Assembly: GCA_951406725.2 (NCBI GenBank)
Contig: OX597819.1
Coordinates: forward strand, 66,898,001 to 66,962,000
Direction of reading: 5' to 3'
DNA length: 64,000 bases
DNA from: Octopus vulgaris
Taxonomy: Eukaryota
How positions within the stretch are numbered: the stretch's first letter is position 1; each line of letters begins with the position of its first letter. Shown here one piece after another: positions 26,624-40,340 of this stretch. The position numbers and the translations under genes are program-made. The notes beneath the pieces were generated by a model. That model was not told where the DNA came from and did not search any database. It was given only the letters and a program-made list of their open reading frames with translations.

Positions 26624-27465
26624 GTAAGTAATGATGATGATGATGATGAGGAGGAGGAGGAGGAGAGGGAGGAGGAGGATCACGATGATAATAAGTAGGA
26701 AAACGATGATGATGATGACGATGACGATGATGATGATGGTGATGATTCAGATAGACATAGAATGTACTATGGGATTAAACAGCTGTATTAAGAAGAGATA
26801 AATTAATTAAGACTGCGAAGATTAAATACGATATGAATATGCTGTCAGAAGATTAGACATGATCTCCTCTCACGCGTATTTACGTAGAGATAAATATATA
26901 AAATATCTCATATTCAATTGTATGAGAATTTTTTTTAAATAGATTATTACAGAAAAGTCAATAAATATTGGTTTCAAACTTTGAAACAAGACTCTTAACT
27001 TCCGTTGAGGGTTTAAGTTGATTACTTCTACCACAGTGGTACTTAGTCAATTGACACTTGAAGCATAAATGGCAAAGTCGACTTCGGCAGGAATGGAACT
27101 GTGTACAGAATGACGCTGACCATTTTGCCCGGTTGTTCTGAGTCAGATAATATGAAATAAATTTACAGAATGTTGTTGTAAATACACCAGATATGATAAT
27201 TATAGACTGTAGAATGTACGGAAGAGATATGATCGACTTAGAGAATTGGATAAAGTAGGAATAGCGTTGTGATTCACTATATGCAAACTGATATTGATAA
27301 AATGTAAATGCATCGTACACAAGGTGAAAAGAGAAGACTGCTGCGAAATGACAACAGCTACGCTAGAAAAGTAATTAGAAGTTAGTAAGTGGAAGCTAAC
27401 AAATATAATATATACGAAAAAGGAACACACACAAGCACACAAACACAACTAAAGGCATGTATAAA

Positions 27466-27492
<27 letters not shown>

Positions 27493-27496
<4 letters not shown>

Positions 27497-27700
27497 ATCC
27501 AAACATGAACAAAGAGAAAACACAACAACGCGAGGACGTGCAATAAGTATAGTGTTATTGGACGTTCAGGAAAGGAAAGAAGGAGCTTTAACGTTTCGAG
27601 CGGAGCTCTTCATCAGAAATATAGAAAAAAAAGAAAAATTCCAAAGAAGGGTAGACGGAGAAAGAAAATCGCCAACGATACACACGCGGTTACATATTGA
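27493..27700 (-). mobile_element. Short Penelope-type pLTR or retrozyme-like unit between (TA)n and (CATA)n
   Basis: Carries a hammerhead core and is similar to 36345-36445. Confidence 0.55.
27585..27622 (-). ncRNA. Minimal type I hammerhead ribozyme motif
   Basis: Minus strand reads TTT-CTGATGA-A-GAGC-TCC-GCTC-GAAA-CGTTA-AAG: intact core, perfect stem II, palindromic AACGTT at stem III, short stem I. Confidence 0.7.
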
Positions 27701-29261
27701 ATACATACATACATACATACATACATACATACATACATACATACATACATACATACATACATACATACATACATACATACGTGCATGCCCGGATACGGTA
27801 ATGAACAATGTGGATATTAATTGCATTGGTGAAAATTATATTCATAAAGACAAAGCAACTGAAATATAAAATAAAATCTAAGCAACACTCTTAACTATTC
27901 TGAAGTGGAAAAAGAAGGGAAAAGATAGAACAATGCATTACTAACAACATACAAGAGATGAGAGAGAGGAATATACAACCAAAAAATTACATCTTATTTT
28001 AGATTCAAAAGATAAATATCTAATCGTAAATATCTACGAATGTATAATATACAAAGCGATGCTAACATGATTGCAATCTATGCACTGTGTACAATGGGAC
28101 GGAGATTCTCATCTCTGACTGAAAACAACCTTTTAAGGTTTGATATTTTCACATACTGTCTTGCTGGGGGACTGCTAATTTGAATATATAATATGCCATG
28201 ACGTTAACGTGCACATATTGAAATACGGTATAATGATGCCCTTCACTCCACGGAGCTAGTTGGTGTCGCCATTCAGTGAAAGGCCCCACCTACGCATTTC
28301 ATCACTTTTGATGCCTCGATATCGCCTCTGCCTGCAACAACATTGTATCCTAACATTCATTCCTTGAACAACCTTCCTCTCTTATCTTCCTCTTTCTAAT
28401 GCCTTACCCGCTTCTCATGTTTCCTTCTTTCTCATATCTATAGGTGTTTTCTTACAAAAGAACATGAACGCACTCAAACACAACGATTTCGAAAGGCTTC
28501 TAAAGTCATAATCTTTGTGCCTGTCTCCCGACGACTGCATAACCACAATGATATAGGCCGTAAAGACAAGACAGCAAACCGTCCAAACGTAAGGCTTAGA
28601 ACAAAATTATGTGCGTGTTGATTGAAACCGCAAGACTTGGTCAACAAAATATTTAACACAGAAGGACAAAAGATAGACAGAAATAATCAGTACCAAAATT
28701 AATTCGGAAATTTATGCCAAAAAACTGAGAACCACCACAAACAAGCCTCAATATGTAGGCTCACAACGTTACACATCGCTGGAGAAGAATCCGGCTAGGC
28801 ACAGACCACAAGTTTGTAATGCTTACACAATAAGAAATGATGCGCCACACGCTGCTTTGTTTTTCTTATTTTCCTATAAAATATTTTGAAATAATATAAC
28901 ACACACTTTTATATAACAGCCGACTATATAACATGACAAAGCATATGCGAAATATAAGCAGTGAATAGCAAAATAATACAAATCACATTCACATACTTCA
29001 TGCAATCACCGCCCATTATTAAAACATATTATACGAATCCCACAGATCATGGGATTATTAAACAGTAAAATAAAACAATTCACATTGCAAACACATTTTT
29101 CTTTCTTTAAAGCGAAATACGATTATATTACGAGTTTCAATAAATCTATTACACGACAAAGCGAAATTTAAACTGCACATACTCCAAAATCACGAAAGTT
29201 CACTTATTCGAGGAGGAGAATTTTGCAAGTCTATGCAGGTTACTAATAATACTAATATTGA

Positions 29262-29459
29262 TTTTAAATTTTGGTTGAAAAGCAGAAATTTCGAGGAAGA
29301 GAGTTAGTCAATGTTAAACTGGTACTTATTTTCTCAACACCGAAGGGTGAAATGCGAAGTCGACCTCGATGGAATTTGAACACAGGTCATAAAGACAGAC
29401 GAAATACTGTTGAACATTTCGCCCGGCATGCTGGTGATTCCAACAGGTCACTGCCTCAC
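29262..29459 (-). mobile_element. SINE family A
   Basis: AACTGGTACTTATTT..GAAGTCGACCTCGATGGAATTTGAAC..CATTTCGCCCGGCATGCT. Confidence 0.8.
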
Positions 29460-29479
29460 TAATAAGGCAAATATTGGCG

Positions 29480-29745
29480 TAAGATATGTAAAGAATCAGT
29501 TTGACTGCAATCGATCCCAAAGCTTGGGATATTGATGCTCAAGAGAGGCGTGGCTTGCACCATTCCATCTCCACTCTGACAAATCATATTGAAGGTGAAT
29601 GATAAAGGAAAGAGGAAGAGAAACGACAAGAAAGAAAATGGAGGCTGAAACAATTAAAGCCTCCACGACACATCCCTTGTGAACATTGCAATAGACACTT
29701 CCATTCAAGAATTAGCCTCCTTAGTCATTAGAGACATAAACACGG
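29480..29745 (+). mobile_element. RTE-clade LINE 3'-terminal coding remnant
   Basis: Peptides IDPKAWDIDAQER, EEKRQERK and CEHCNRHFHSRISLLSH match the RTE C-terminal CxxCxRxFxSRIGLxSH finger. Confidence 0.7.
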
Positions 29746-29911
29746 TCAGAGAGGAAGAAGAAGCCAAGAAGAAACCAAAAGAAATTATCGGACACTTGAT
29801 AAAACGCCGACACGACGACGATAGGTTAGGGGTGGTACTAAAATGTTACCAAATGAAAGTATATATCGACATTAATCAGCAGAACAAATGGTAACCGCGA
29901 GAAAAAAATCT

Positions 29912-29993
29912 GGGAAAGTGTCTTCTACTATAGCCTCGGGCCGACCAAAACCTTGTGAGTGGATTTGGTAATGGAAACTGAAAGAAGCCCGTC

Positions 29994-30046
<53 letters not shown>

Positions 30047-30270
30047 CGTGTGTGTGTGTATGTTTGTGTGTCTGTTTTTGTCCCCCAACAACGCTTGACA
30101 ACCAATGCTGGTGTGCTTACGTCGCCGTAACTTAGCGGTTTGGCAAAGGAAACCGATAGAATAAGTACTAGGCTTAAAAATTAGAAGTCATGGGGTCGAT
30201 TTGCTCGACTAAAGGCGGTGCTCCAGCATGGCCGCAGTCAAATCACTGAAACAAGTAAAAGATTAAGAGT
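29912..30270 (+). mobile_element. SINE family B, 5'-truncated
   Basis: Starts at AAGTGTCTTCTACTATAGCCTCGGGCCGACC and ends GAAACAAGTAAAAGATTAAGAGT. Confidence 0.9.
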
Positions 30271-31908
30271 AATCGCAAGCGTAGGCATAACGTTTACGTG
30301 AAAGTTATTATATTTCGTCATCAGAACTATCTGATCATCACCATCTGAACATATTTCTCTTTCACTAATTAGCAGAATAAACATTATTTAATTCTATATA
30401 TTTCTGATTAACAGTTGTCATGCAGACCAAATTGATGTTGAAATGTAATTATAAAATATGAATTAAAACTGCTTCTAACAAACGAAGAAACAAAGACACG
30501 CATATAAACAAAAGAATGGCATTCAAATACAATACCAAATTTCACACAAATTATATAATAATATACGTATGAAATATGAGACTAAATTTCATAGGCTAAT
30601 CATTAGCTCGGTAATAGACAAGTTAAATGGAACGCACACACACTCATAATAAAATGCATTCGTTTGTAAACATATGTATATGATCTCGCGCATTTGTGTG
30701 TCCATGTGTGTGTTTTCATTATTATTATTATTGCTACCATGTGGTGAGGTGGCACAGAAGTTAGAACGTTGGCAAAATGCTTTACATTATATCACTCTTA
30801 CAAAAAATCGTGTAACAAGACTGGTTTTAATTACATCTCTACGCGGCCGACAAAAATAATATATTTGTGAAATTCCGTCGTCTCCACAAAATTTGGTACC
30901 TTTATTACAAAATTATATAAAAATCTGCGAGTTGTCACATTCAGTAGAAGGTCCTTCTCAATCTGTAGATTTTTTTATCACTGAGTTCACTTTCTTATTT
31001 AAATTTATCAATGGGGAGTGCGTTTCTTTATTTGGTTCAATGGAGAGAAACAATAATTTTTTCTATTTATAGATAGAGGAAGAGGTAGTACAAATGTCGA
31101 AGCCATCAATCCATCCCCATTTTGAGGAATTTAACTTAGGCATATTTGAATGTATTTTAGCTAAATTTAGTAGGCTGAAGCTAATGGGGTAGGGATAATA
31201 GAGACTACTAATGCTCTAGGGGTTTCTATTGTCCTTTACCATTTAACAGTTATAATTCCACTTGTGAATTTTAAATAAATATCCTTTAGATAGTTTTACC
31301 AAAGAATTCTAATAAATTTTAGTATCTTATATAGGGATAGAAAATATAGAAATCATTTCATATTTATATATATATATATATATAAATTTCTATTAATATA
31401 GATTCGTAGTTAGTTAATAAATTGTGATTTATTTTATTAATGAGTTAAATTAAAAGAATATACTTGACATAATATTTATTAACTGTAAAAAAAAAGCCTC
31501 ATCAATTAGCACGTATATCAAGAGTCTATAAGATATATTAAAACGTAATGAAAGGGAGGTAATCAAGGGAGGTGAACTAAATAATATTTCATTGGATATA
31601 TAGGGTTTATGCAATCCTATACAGGAAAATATCAAAAAGATTCTAATTCCACTTTATTTAAATTTCTTTATATTATAAATTTTTTTAAATAATGTATGCA
31701 GGATAAATATAAGCTAGTATGGTATATTAATTCTTTATTTGGTTACAAAATATTAAGACTTGAAAATTTAGAAATGGACAGAATGCTATAATTTAAAATA
31801 GTATAAATAGAAAAAAAAATTCTTGTTTGTCTCCATTGAACCAAATAGCAAGGTTTTCTAGTTTTGAAGTAAAAATTTCCGAAAATGTGGACAACTCCCC
31901 CGCGGCTT

Positions 31909-32038
31909 CTGTCCTGGAGATATGGGCAGTTCTTATAAGGGTTATCTTTTGAATTTCTGCCATTTTGGAGTTTCTTGGTATCTGAGCTAGATAGTAATCA
32001 GCCCCTTTTGTTCTCATTTCTAGGGCACCTACGACAAC
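31909..32038 (-). mobile_element. Short Dong-type RLE fragment, same subfamily as 50191-50995
   Basis: Peptide YLAQIPRNSKMAEIQKITLIRTAHI; DNA is similar to 50404-50520. Confidence 0.75.
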
Positions 32039-32044
32039 ACGTAT

Positions 32045-32120
32045 TTATCATTATTATTGTTGTTGATGTTGTTGTTGTTGTTATTATTATTATCATTATT
32101 ATTATTATTATTATTATTAC

Positions 32121-32198
<78 letters not shown>

Positions 32199-32210
32199 TA
32201 GTAGTAGTCG
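32045..32210. repeat. (GTT)n(ATT)n(AGT)n
   Basis: Directly visible. Confidence 0.95.
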
Positions 32211-32212
32211 TG

Positions 32213-32428
32213 AGGCGATGAGATAGCAGAGCTGTTAGCACGCCGGGCAAAAATGCTCAGCGGAATTTCTTCCATCTTTTAAAATTTTAAGTTCAAATTC
32301 CCCCAAGACCGACTTCGACTTGCATCCTTTGCAGTTCGATAAAAAGTACCAGTCAAGCACAGAGATCGAAGTAATCGACTATCGACTTTCAAATTTCAGG
32401 CCTTCTGAAGCCCATACCAGAAAGGATA
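32213..32428 (+). mobile_element. SINE family A
   Basis: GGCGATGAGATAGCAGAGCTGTTAGCACGCCGGGC..GTTCAAATTCC..AAGTACCAGTCAAGCAC. Confidence 0.8.
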
Positions 32429-33013
32429 GTTATCATTGATAGTAGTAATAGTCGCAGCAGCAGTATCACGATATTTATTGTTGTGATTATGATTTACGTA
32501 AGAAACAATTACGTCGTTAAAAAATCATTGTTCCTACTGTTATCATTAACAGTCTCTACTTTCATAAGTTTAATAGAAAACTGAAAAATTATCTACGCCA
32601 TTAGCATTAATAGGAATACTTCCGCCGATAATGGTAATTCTAATAAAATAACAATACTAAAATTTCTATTATATTCTTATTCTATACTATTATATTTTTC
32701 TAATTATTACCAACATTACGCGAAAGAAATCTTTATGCTTCTTAAACATATAGCAGCAACAATTTAATCTTTATCTATAATAATAAAATCAACAGAAATT
32801 AATAACAATAAAAACGAAAATAATTACGGTGATGACCGCATTGATAAATGAATATTGTCTTATTGCTATACGGTCATAATCGGCATAGTGTTTAATTAAA
32901 CTCGTTTACTAATTAGATTTTCAAATTCCTGATTACTTGCTGCAAAATAGGTGATTATACGAAAATACAGCCAGAAACACACAAGTATGTGTGTGTGTGT
33001 GTATGTATATATG

Positions 33014-33069
<56 letters not shown>

Positions 33070-33337
33070 CAGACAGGCATACAGAAATACATACATTTAT
33101 ATATATATATGTGTGTGTGTGAGTGTGTAGGTGTGTGTGTGTGTGTGTTTGAGTGCGTGTGTACATGCATATATATACCTGTATACAATCATATATGATT
33201 GTGCACAATTCAAGATATACTTGTATTTGACAATATCTGTTCTTCTACATATGTGTTTACACACACACATACAACACACACACACATACACACAGGTAAC
33301 ATATCATTTCATATCATAGCATACCATAACATAATGG

Positions 33338-33520
33338 TTTCAAGTCATGCAAGAAGGCCAGCAATTCTGGAGCTGCGGGTAGGTCGATTATATCGACCCC
33401 GGTGATCAATTGTTGCTTATATTGTTGACCCCGTAAGGCTGGAGGGCAGACCCGATACCGGCTGCGTTTGAACGTAAAGAGCGACGAAATGCCGCTAGCT
33501 AATTTGCCAGGCATGTCAGT
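33338..33520 (-). mobile_element. SINE family A, degenerate
   Basis: AAGGCCAGCAATT..GTCGATTATATCGACCCC..GAAATGCCGCTA. Confidence 0.55.
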
Positions 33521-33584
33521 ATGCCGCATTATGAGGTTATATTATATTGCAATATTGAGTAAAAGTCAAACTTTCTACGGCCAC

Positions 33585-33865
33585 GAGTGGCCATTGCATT
33601 GCACTTAGAAAGTTTCCCTCCGAGGCACAAGTCCGGTCAGATTTGCTTATGGAAACCAGCAGTCACCCATGTATACGAGCCACCCTTCTCCGCGCCACTG
33701 GTGTTATCCAAAGGAAAGGTAAAGGCCGTGATGTCGCAATTCATTTCTACAACAATGGGAAATAAAGTGTCTTGCTCAAGAACACAACACACTGCCCGAC
33801 CCAGGAATCGAAATCACTACCTCATTATTATGGGCCCAGCGTTTTAACCACTGAGCCATGCGCTT
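33585..33865 (-). mobile_element. tRNA-derived SINE, family C
   Basis: Aligns with 60158-60483; minus-strand head TGGCTCAGTGGTTAAAAC..TTCGATTCC followed by GTTGTGTTCTTGAGCAAGACAC. Confidence 0.85.
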
Positions 33866-33894
33866 TCACATTACAATATATTGTATTACATTAA

Positions 33895-34080
33895 GGTTGG
33901 GTGCCGGCAGAATCGTTAGCACGCCAAGGAAACTGTCCAGCGGCTTTTCATTTGTTTTTATGTTTTAAGTTCACATTCGTTTCGAGCTCGATAAAGGCAC
34001 AAACAGGTGAGTGTTGGGGTCATTTTAATTGACTTAAGCCACTCTTGAACTTACTCGACAAGTATCGTATTTGGAAACCA
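33895..34080 (+). mobile_element. SINE family A, degenerate
   Basis: GCCGGCAGAATCGTTAGCACGCC..GTTCACATTC. Confidence 0.65.
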
Positions 34081-36397
34081 ATATATTGTATCATATTATA
34101 TTGCATTATATTCTACTGTGCCCCCCGATTCTCGAACCGCTCGACAGAAGAAAATATCTAAAACCTTGAAATGAAAGAGGACAAAATTGGATGAGAAGTA
34201 AGTGAAATAATAATATGCGTATCAATTGACAAAATCTAACTCAAGCAGAAGCGATTAACGTGTACCGTTTACGGTTTAAATCTGGTAAGATGTTGGCAAT
34301 GAATGAGGATCTCTGAACCAAATATCCTGAATATTTCTGCGTATGTTGAAAGTTCCCGATCCAGTTGGTCTGGTGAATATCATTTGAAGATATATATATA
34401 TTGTAGATTGCCTTCAGGTGATAGATGAGGACATTCGAAAAAAAAGAAAATTACGTCACCGTTAGCCACGTGAATAACAGCAGCAAGCGCCATACTTGGT
34501 GAGTGCAGAACTGCGATCATACTACATGATCTTCAGCAGAGATATACGCTTCACTGATAACGTAGAGCATTCTCATGATCTAGTTAATTTGCTTGAAGAA
34601 AAAAAAAATTAATTAAGAGGGAGATGACCTTAATGACTGGAAATTGTAGAGTGTATGTAAAGATAAACTTGCCCGTCTGTGCTATTGAAATACATATTAT
34701 TCTCCATTCTAAAAATGACTTCTTTAGCTGATTTCATTTAATTCACAAACACGTACTCACTCACACACACCTATCCAGCATGCCATGCAGACCCACACAC
34801 TCATGCATATATCTATGTGTGTGTATGTGCGTGTACATATATATACGTATACTCAGAAACACAAATACACACACATTCGAACATATGTCTTGGTTTCTAC
34901 ATTGACCGTGTTTTTTTTTTGACACTATGTTATTCCGGTGAGATCTGTCTTGTGTTGTTATTCGCAGTGGATTGGAACGACTTTATTTCTTTTAAAATTG
35001 CTATCGTTTCCTTTGTCTGCTTTCTAATATAGTTTATTACGTCTGCTTTCGTTTTATTTGCTAATTCTTTTACTGTTTACATCTCTCTTTAGTCAACTTC
35101 GTTTGTATAGATCTATTTATCTGTTTTTGTGGTCCTGTTTTATAGATGTTATTTTTCTTATATTTCTGAATCGTTTGTCTGAACTTCGTCTTTTCGGTAG
35201 TCGTTTCCATTCTACATGTCAATTGCGTAATAGCAGCCATTTTCCTCGTTCTAGTGTGTCCTATTTTACTATCGTAGATTAATGGTCTATCGTATATCGT
35301 AAATACGACATTGCTCAGACGATTTTCTATATCCTCTAGTTCATAATCACTTTCGTTATGCTGAAGATCTATCTACTTCATAAATTAAGTTCCTATACAA
35401 ATTTTGTAAATGAATTTTCTATACTTTGCCATTACACAACTGACAAAAATGGAAATAGAACAAGTAATGAATAGACTGATGGAAAAAAAAACAACAGCGC
35501 AAAAAAAAGTTTACCACTATATCTCACTTGCAGAGGAGTCAAATCCTAACATATTCCGTTACGTTGTTCTTGGCTGACTATAGATACTAATATACTGGGC
35601 GTTCAAAATAGGAAATCTGTTTGCTACAACAAACCTTTGGGGCTTCTGATGAACCATAATATATGCTGACTCTTGAAAGCTACTCTTCAAATGGGTTAAA
35701 CTCCAACAATTGAAACCCTCACAAGAGATTAAGGAATACAGAAATACGTTAAAGAGACTAACTTTATGAACAGCTCTTCCGTTGTGCATTAACACCTTAG
35801 CCGTTATGGTGTGGGATCTGAACAATAATTTTGGGGAGAAAGAATCTCCAACATATTATAAACCTTCAACATATTATAAAAATATATGTTATGGTCTCAG
35901 ATATTTCATATATTGATTTGAAATGTTCGTTCAATTAAGTGTTCTGGAGCTACAAAATTCCCTCTTGCAGTGATAAATTAAAAAGACAACGTGAAGTTTC
36001 TCCAAAAATATCTATTGGCCAATATAGCCAATGGAGATGGTGTTTAATATTTTTGTCATAATTATTTCGGTAATCAATGGTTATATTTTCTTATTATAAG
36101 ATGTTGTCAACGAAGCGTGAGGAAATTCTATGAAGCTTTAAATGAATATTTGCCTAAAGACTGCCGAAAATTTATTCTCAGATGCTTTCTCCATACAAAT
36201 TACAAATATGGCGGTATCTCACCTATGTCACATAACGGAAGAAGGGTTATCTCTCATTTAACGGAGCTTGACTAATCGATTGCCATCGGATGGATTTGTA
36301 TGATTTATATAGTGAGAATTTACAAAAAAAAAAGATGAAGATGGTTGCGTAAACAACAGACTTATGTATTAGTTTGACGCTCGGAAAGTGAGAAAGT

Positions 36398-36436
36398 CAT
36401 TTTAGTTTCGAGCCTACGCTCTTCGACAGAAACGAA
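36398..36436 (-). ncRNA. Degenerate hammerhead-like motif (CUGUCGA core variant)
   Basis: Minus strand reads GTTT-CTGTCGA-A-GAGC-GTAG-GCTC-GAAAC; the flanks resemble the 27493-27700 unit. Confidence 0.45.
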
Positions 36437-36969
36437 CACAAAAATAAAACTTGTTCTGATTATTATTATTTGACTTAACACATATAAAAAGAATTGTGGG
36501 GATAAGGTATCACAAACACTAATCATTTTTATCAATACATCTCTAGGAGCTTGACAGCAAAGTCTAAGCAGACAAACTGCCCTATTTGGTTGAATTTTCT
36601 CCATCAAGTTGCTTTTTGCCTCTTTTATTTTTTTCGCGTTTTTCATTCATGTAACTGGTGCTATACTAAGCCTCAACTGTCTTCATAGAGAACACTGTTA
36701 ATAAAGAAATGCTATGTGGATGGTCATTGACTCCTCGGGGTTTGTCCTTTCTAAGGTCCCGTTTACCGTCTTCCAGAGTGATCACATTGAAAAAGAAAAC
36801 ACTCAAAGAGCACCTTCAGCACGGAAGTCGGTTTAGTTGCCGGCGATACAGACATCATCATCATCATCATCTTCATCATCACCGTTACTGTTATTATTTT
36901 TATTGTTCTTGTTTTGCTGTTATTTATATTATGATCACCACCTGCATTGATATTTCATATCTACAGCAT

Positions 36970-37172
36970 TAATGATGATGATAATGATGACGACGACGAC
37001 AACCACCACCACGATAATGATGATGATGAAGATGAAGAAGAAGAAGAAGAAGAAGAAGAAGAAGAAGAAGAAGGAAAAGAAGAAAAAGAAAAAGAAGAAG
37101 AAGAAGAAGAAGAAGAAGAAGAAGAAGAAGAAGAAGAAGAAGAAGAAGAAGAAGAAGAAGAACAAGAAGAAG
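36970..37172. repeat. (GAT)n then (GAA)n polypurine tract
   Basis: Directly visible. Confidence 0.95.
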
Positions 37173-37463
37173 GGAAACGAATATCGTTATAAAATGTATG
37201 CGGTTGGAGGGAAAATACAAAATAAAACAGGGAAATGTGCCTTAAAGGTGATCTCATACAATTCAGTAATTTTCTGCCGTTTATTTAGTTTAGCCAAGAA
37301 GAATACAATTGTCAATATATGCGTTATAGCTATATACACAGCCTGTGAAAAAGCATACGTAGGAAACTCTCTTATTTAGATTGGCAGTCGTAATCCTTCT
37401 CCGTGCTTGCAATACCCAGAGAAAACATACGTAGGTTCTGCTGTAAGAAATATATATATATAC

Positions 37464-37529
<66 letters not shown>

Positions 37530-37564
37530 GTGTGTGTATGTATATATGTATATATATGTATATA

Positions 37565-37606
<42 letters not shown>

Positions 37607-38168
37607 TAGATAGATAGATAGATAGTTAGATAGATAGATCGATACCTTACAGCAGAACCGGTAAGTTTGGAAGCATTAAAAAACACACCCACAGCAGTAA
37701 ATTTATATATATGCATATATATATTTACTGATTCCTTCGATCACATCCAGGCATATTATCATATATTCACTTAAACACGCACAGGCGAGCACCACACGAT
37801 GCTTATGGAAATATATATGTGTGTGCAAATGTGTGCGTATCGGGGGGGGGGCACGACAATTCATCGATGCAAGATGATGGCTTTCCACGGCCCATCAACC
37901 AATCTATCATTAAACTAATATACAAATACATAGCTGCCGGTGACAAACCCATAAACACATATTCAACAAAAATACACACGCATTCAATGTATGTATGTGT
38001 GTGAGAGAGGGTGGGTATATGTGTATAGCGATATGAAGAAAGAATGGAAGACAATGTGAGATAGAGCGGAGAAATTACTCACCTGATACTCTATGCCCAT
38101 TACTCCATGCAAAATCCTATCTAGGTTCCATTAATCCTTATACATTACAATCGACTTCATTGGTCCGA

Positions 38169-38201
<33 letters not shown>

Positions 38202-38220
38202 TAATGTATATATATATATA

Positions 38221-38268
<48 letters not shown>

Positions 38269-38337
38269 TATACATATATATATATATACATATATATACA
38301 TATACATATATATATATATATATACGTATATATATAC

Positions 38338-38422
<85 letters not shown>

Positions 38423-38465
38423 TATATATATACCTACATACACACACTTACATATATATGTATGT
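38169..38465. repeat. Long (TA)n microsatellite
   Basis: Directly visible. Confidence 0.95.
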
Positions 38466-38774
38466 AGGTATGTTGTAGTGTCAGTTCATGAATTGTATAT
38501 ATCTCAATACTTCTATTCGGTATTGAATCTGACTATTAATTCATATATCACAATATCTAAAGCTATATCAATTTCGCTATGAACCTGACGCCAAGGCTCT
38601 CTTTTCTCCTCGTCTTATTGAATACTTTATTTTCTTGCGAATGTTTCATTACCTACAACATACGTCTTCACATAGTATATATTTTTACGTACTCACATAC
38701 AGAAACACACATACACACACATTTTCACAGACATGTACTGTATGTTCATAGATACATATACATATATTTATATG

Positions 38775-38826
<52 letters not shown>

Positions 38827-38837
38827 TTATATATTCA

Positions 38838-39960
38838 CATGTTTGCACATTGTTAGTAGTTGAATACACCAGTCCTATATTATTTTTAGAAAATATTTCC
38901 ATATATTTTTTATTTTCCATAATACATGATTCTATTGTATTAGTGATATCTTTAATAATATTACTTTTAAGTTGAGTACCATATGGGACTATCAACCATA
39001 TTATTTTATTATTATTTTTCTTTATGTTTATATTATTAATCCCCTTACCTTTATTTACACAAGTCTTGTTATTATCTTCTATATTATTTAAAGTATTGTC
39101 TCCATTATGTTTAATTTTAAATCCTTCCCCATTAAACCCAACCTATCCTTATACTTTATATCATTTATATTTTTCCTGTTTTTTATGTATTTTATCATCT
39201 TGAATTCCATAAAATTACGGTGTGTTATCCTATTATGACTATTATACATATTAATTTTCCTTTTCTTTTTATTATCATATACATTACTATTCTCGTCTAC
39301 ATTTACATTTATGTTACTCCCTATATTAACACAATTTAGGTTACTTACATTTTTGTATTTTCTATAATTATTCCTACTAATATTCTTATTATAGAATTTA
39401 ATTTCTTGCTTATATCCAGCCAACCTTAATTCTTCATTGTAGTAGTCAACGTTTTAGGAGACTCATAATTCGAAGAGAGCATTGATATCCTTTTCGCTAT
39501 GTTATCTATTAACGTTTTTTTTTTACCGAGGTGGGGGTGATTACTCTCTGCATTTATGTATTTTAGGTTTTCATTAAGTTTATGGAAAGGCTGTATTAAC
39601 CCTGTAGCAATATTCAAATTTACATCTAAAAAGTTTACATTATAATATTCATTATATATATTAGTTTCTAACCCGTAATTTTTAAAAAACCTGTATGATT
39701 TCTTTTTATAATTTTCAAGAGTTCTGTTTGTACAATTTTTTGTTATTAAAAGTAAATCATCCCTATATAAGCCCCCTTCTATATTTGAATTTTCTAATTT
39801 TAATTCAGAAAGCATGTATATCTATTTTTATTCGAATATATTTATTTACCATTCCTTTCATTTTATATCATCACAAGTATATATTTTATTTTATTTTTTA
39901 TCCCTATATATCACTAATTTAATATTTAGAGACATAAGTTACGTGAGAACATAGTTTTTG
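38838..39960 (-). mobile_element. Penelope-like element RT/thumb/linker fragment, disrupted, GIY-YIG absent
   Basis: GGLYRDD, VNFLDVNLN, LKYINAESNHP, IAKRISMLSSN and AGY, followed by the linker KIIWLIVPY..IFSKNNIGLVYS; all typical of PLE RTs. Confidence 0.85.
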
Positions 39961-40130
39961 TAAATTTAAATTTTTTTCGTATTTTTATTTTTACTTTTAT
40001 TTTTATTTGTAATTTTTTATTTGAATTATGGCTTGTACAGTAAGGTCCGGCGAACCTATTTACATATACACATATTTATATGTTTAAAATTAAAATAGAG
40101 TTTTTAGTATCAAACTATGATAAAGTGATG

Positions 40131-40232
40131 TAGAGGCCTGATGATTGGGATTATATTTTAAGAAAGTTTCCTGCAAAACACGGCGTGGTTAAGGAACCGG
40201 AAAAGGAACCTCAAGAAACGCGTGTAGCCGAG
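40131..40232 (+). ncRNA. Type I hammerhead ribozyme-like motif with extended stem II, in a putative inverted pLTR
   Basis: GGC-CTGATGA(40138-44)-TTGGGATT..AACCTCAA-GAAA(40215-18)-C-GCGT-GTA/GCC. Stems I, II and III can all be drawn, and stem III contains the ACGCGT palindrome. Confidence 0.6.
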
Positions 40233-40305
40233 ATATATGTGGTAAGTATTAACTTGAATTAAAATTCTTTTATATGGTGGGATGAAGGGGCCTACTATCT
40301 CTAAA

Positions 40306-40340
<35 letters not shown>

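Noticed and set aside
28380-28595. Pyrimidine tract plus AG and a downstream GTAAG as a plus-strand exon
   Set aside because: No informative peptide; such signals arise by chance in AT-rich DNA.
30310-30330. Minus-strand CTGATGA-C-GAAA hammerhead-like match
   Set aside because: No stem II or flanking helices.
30850-31900. AT-rich block with faint PLE-like words (GLHKP, FYPYI, LNKKSEL)
   Set aside because: Motif order and spacing are not convincing.
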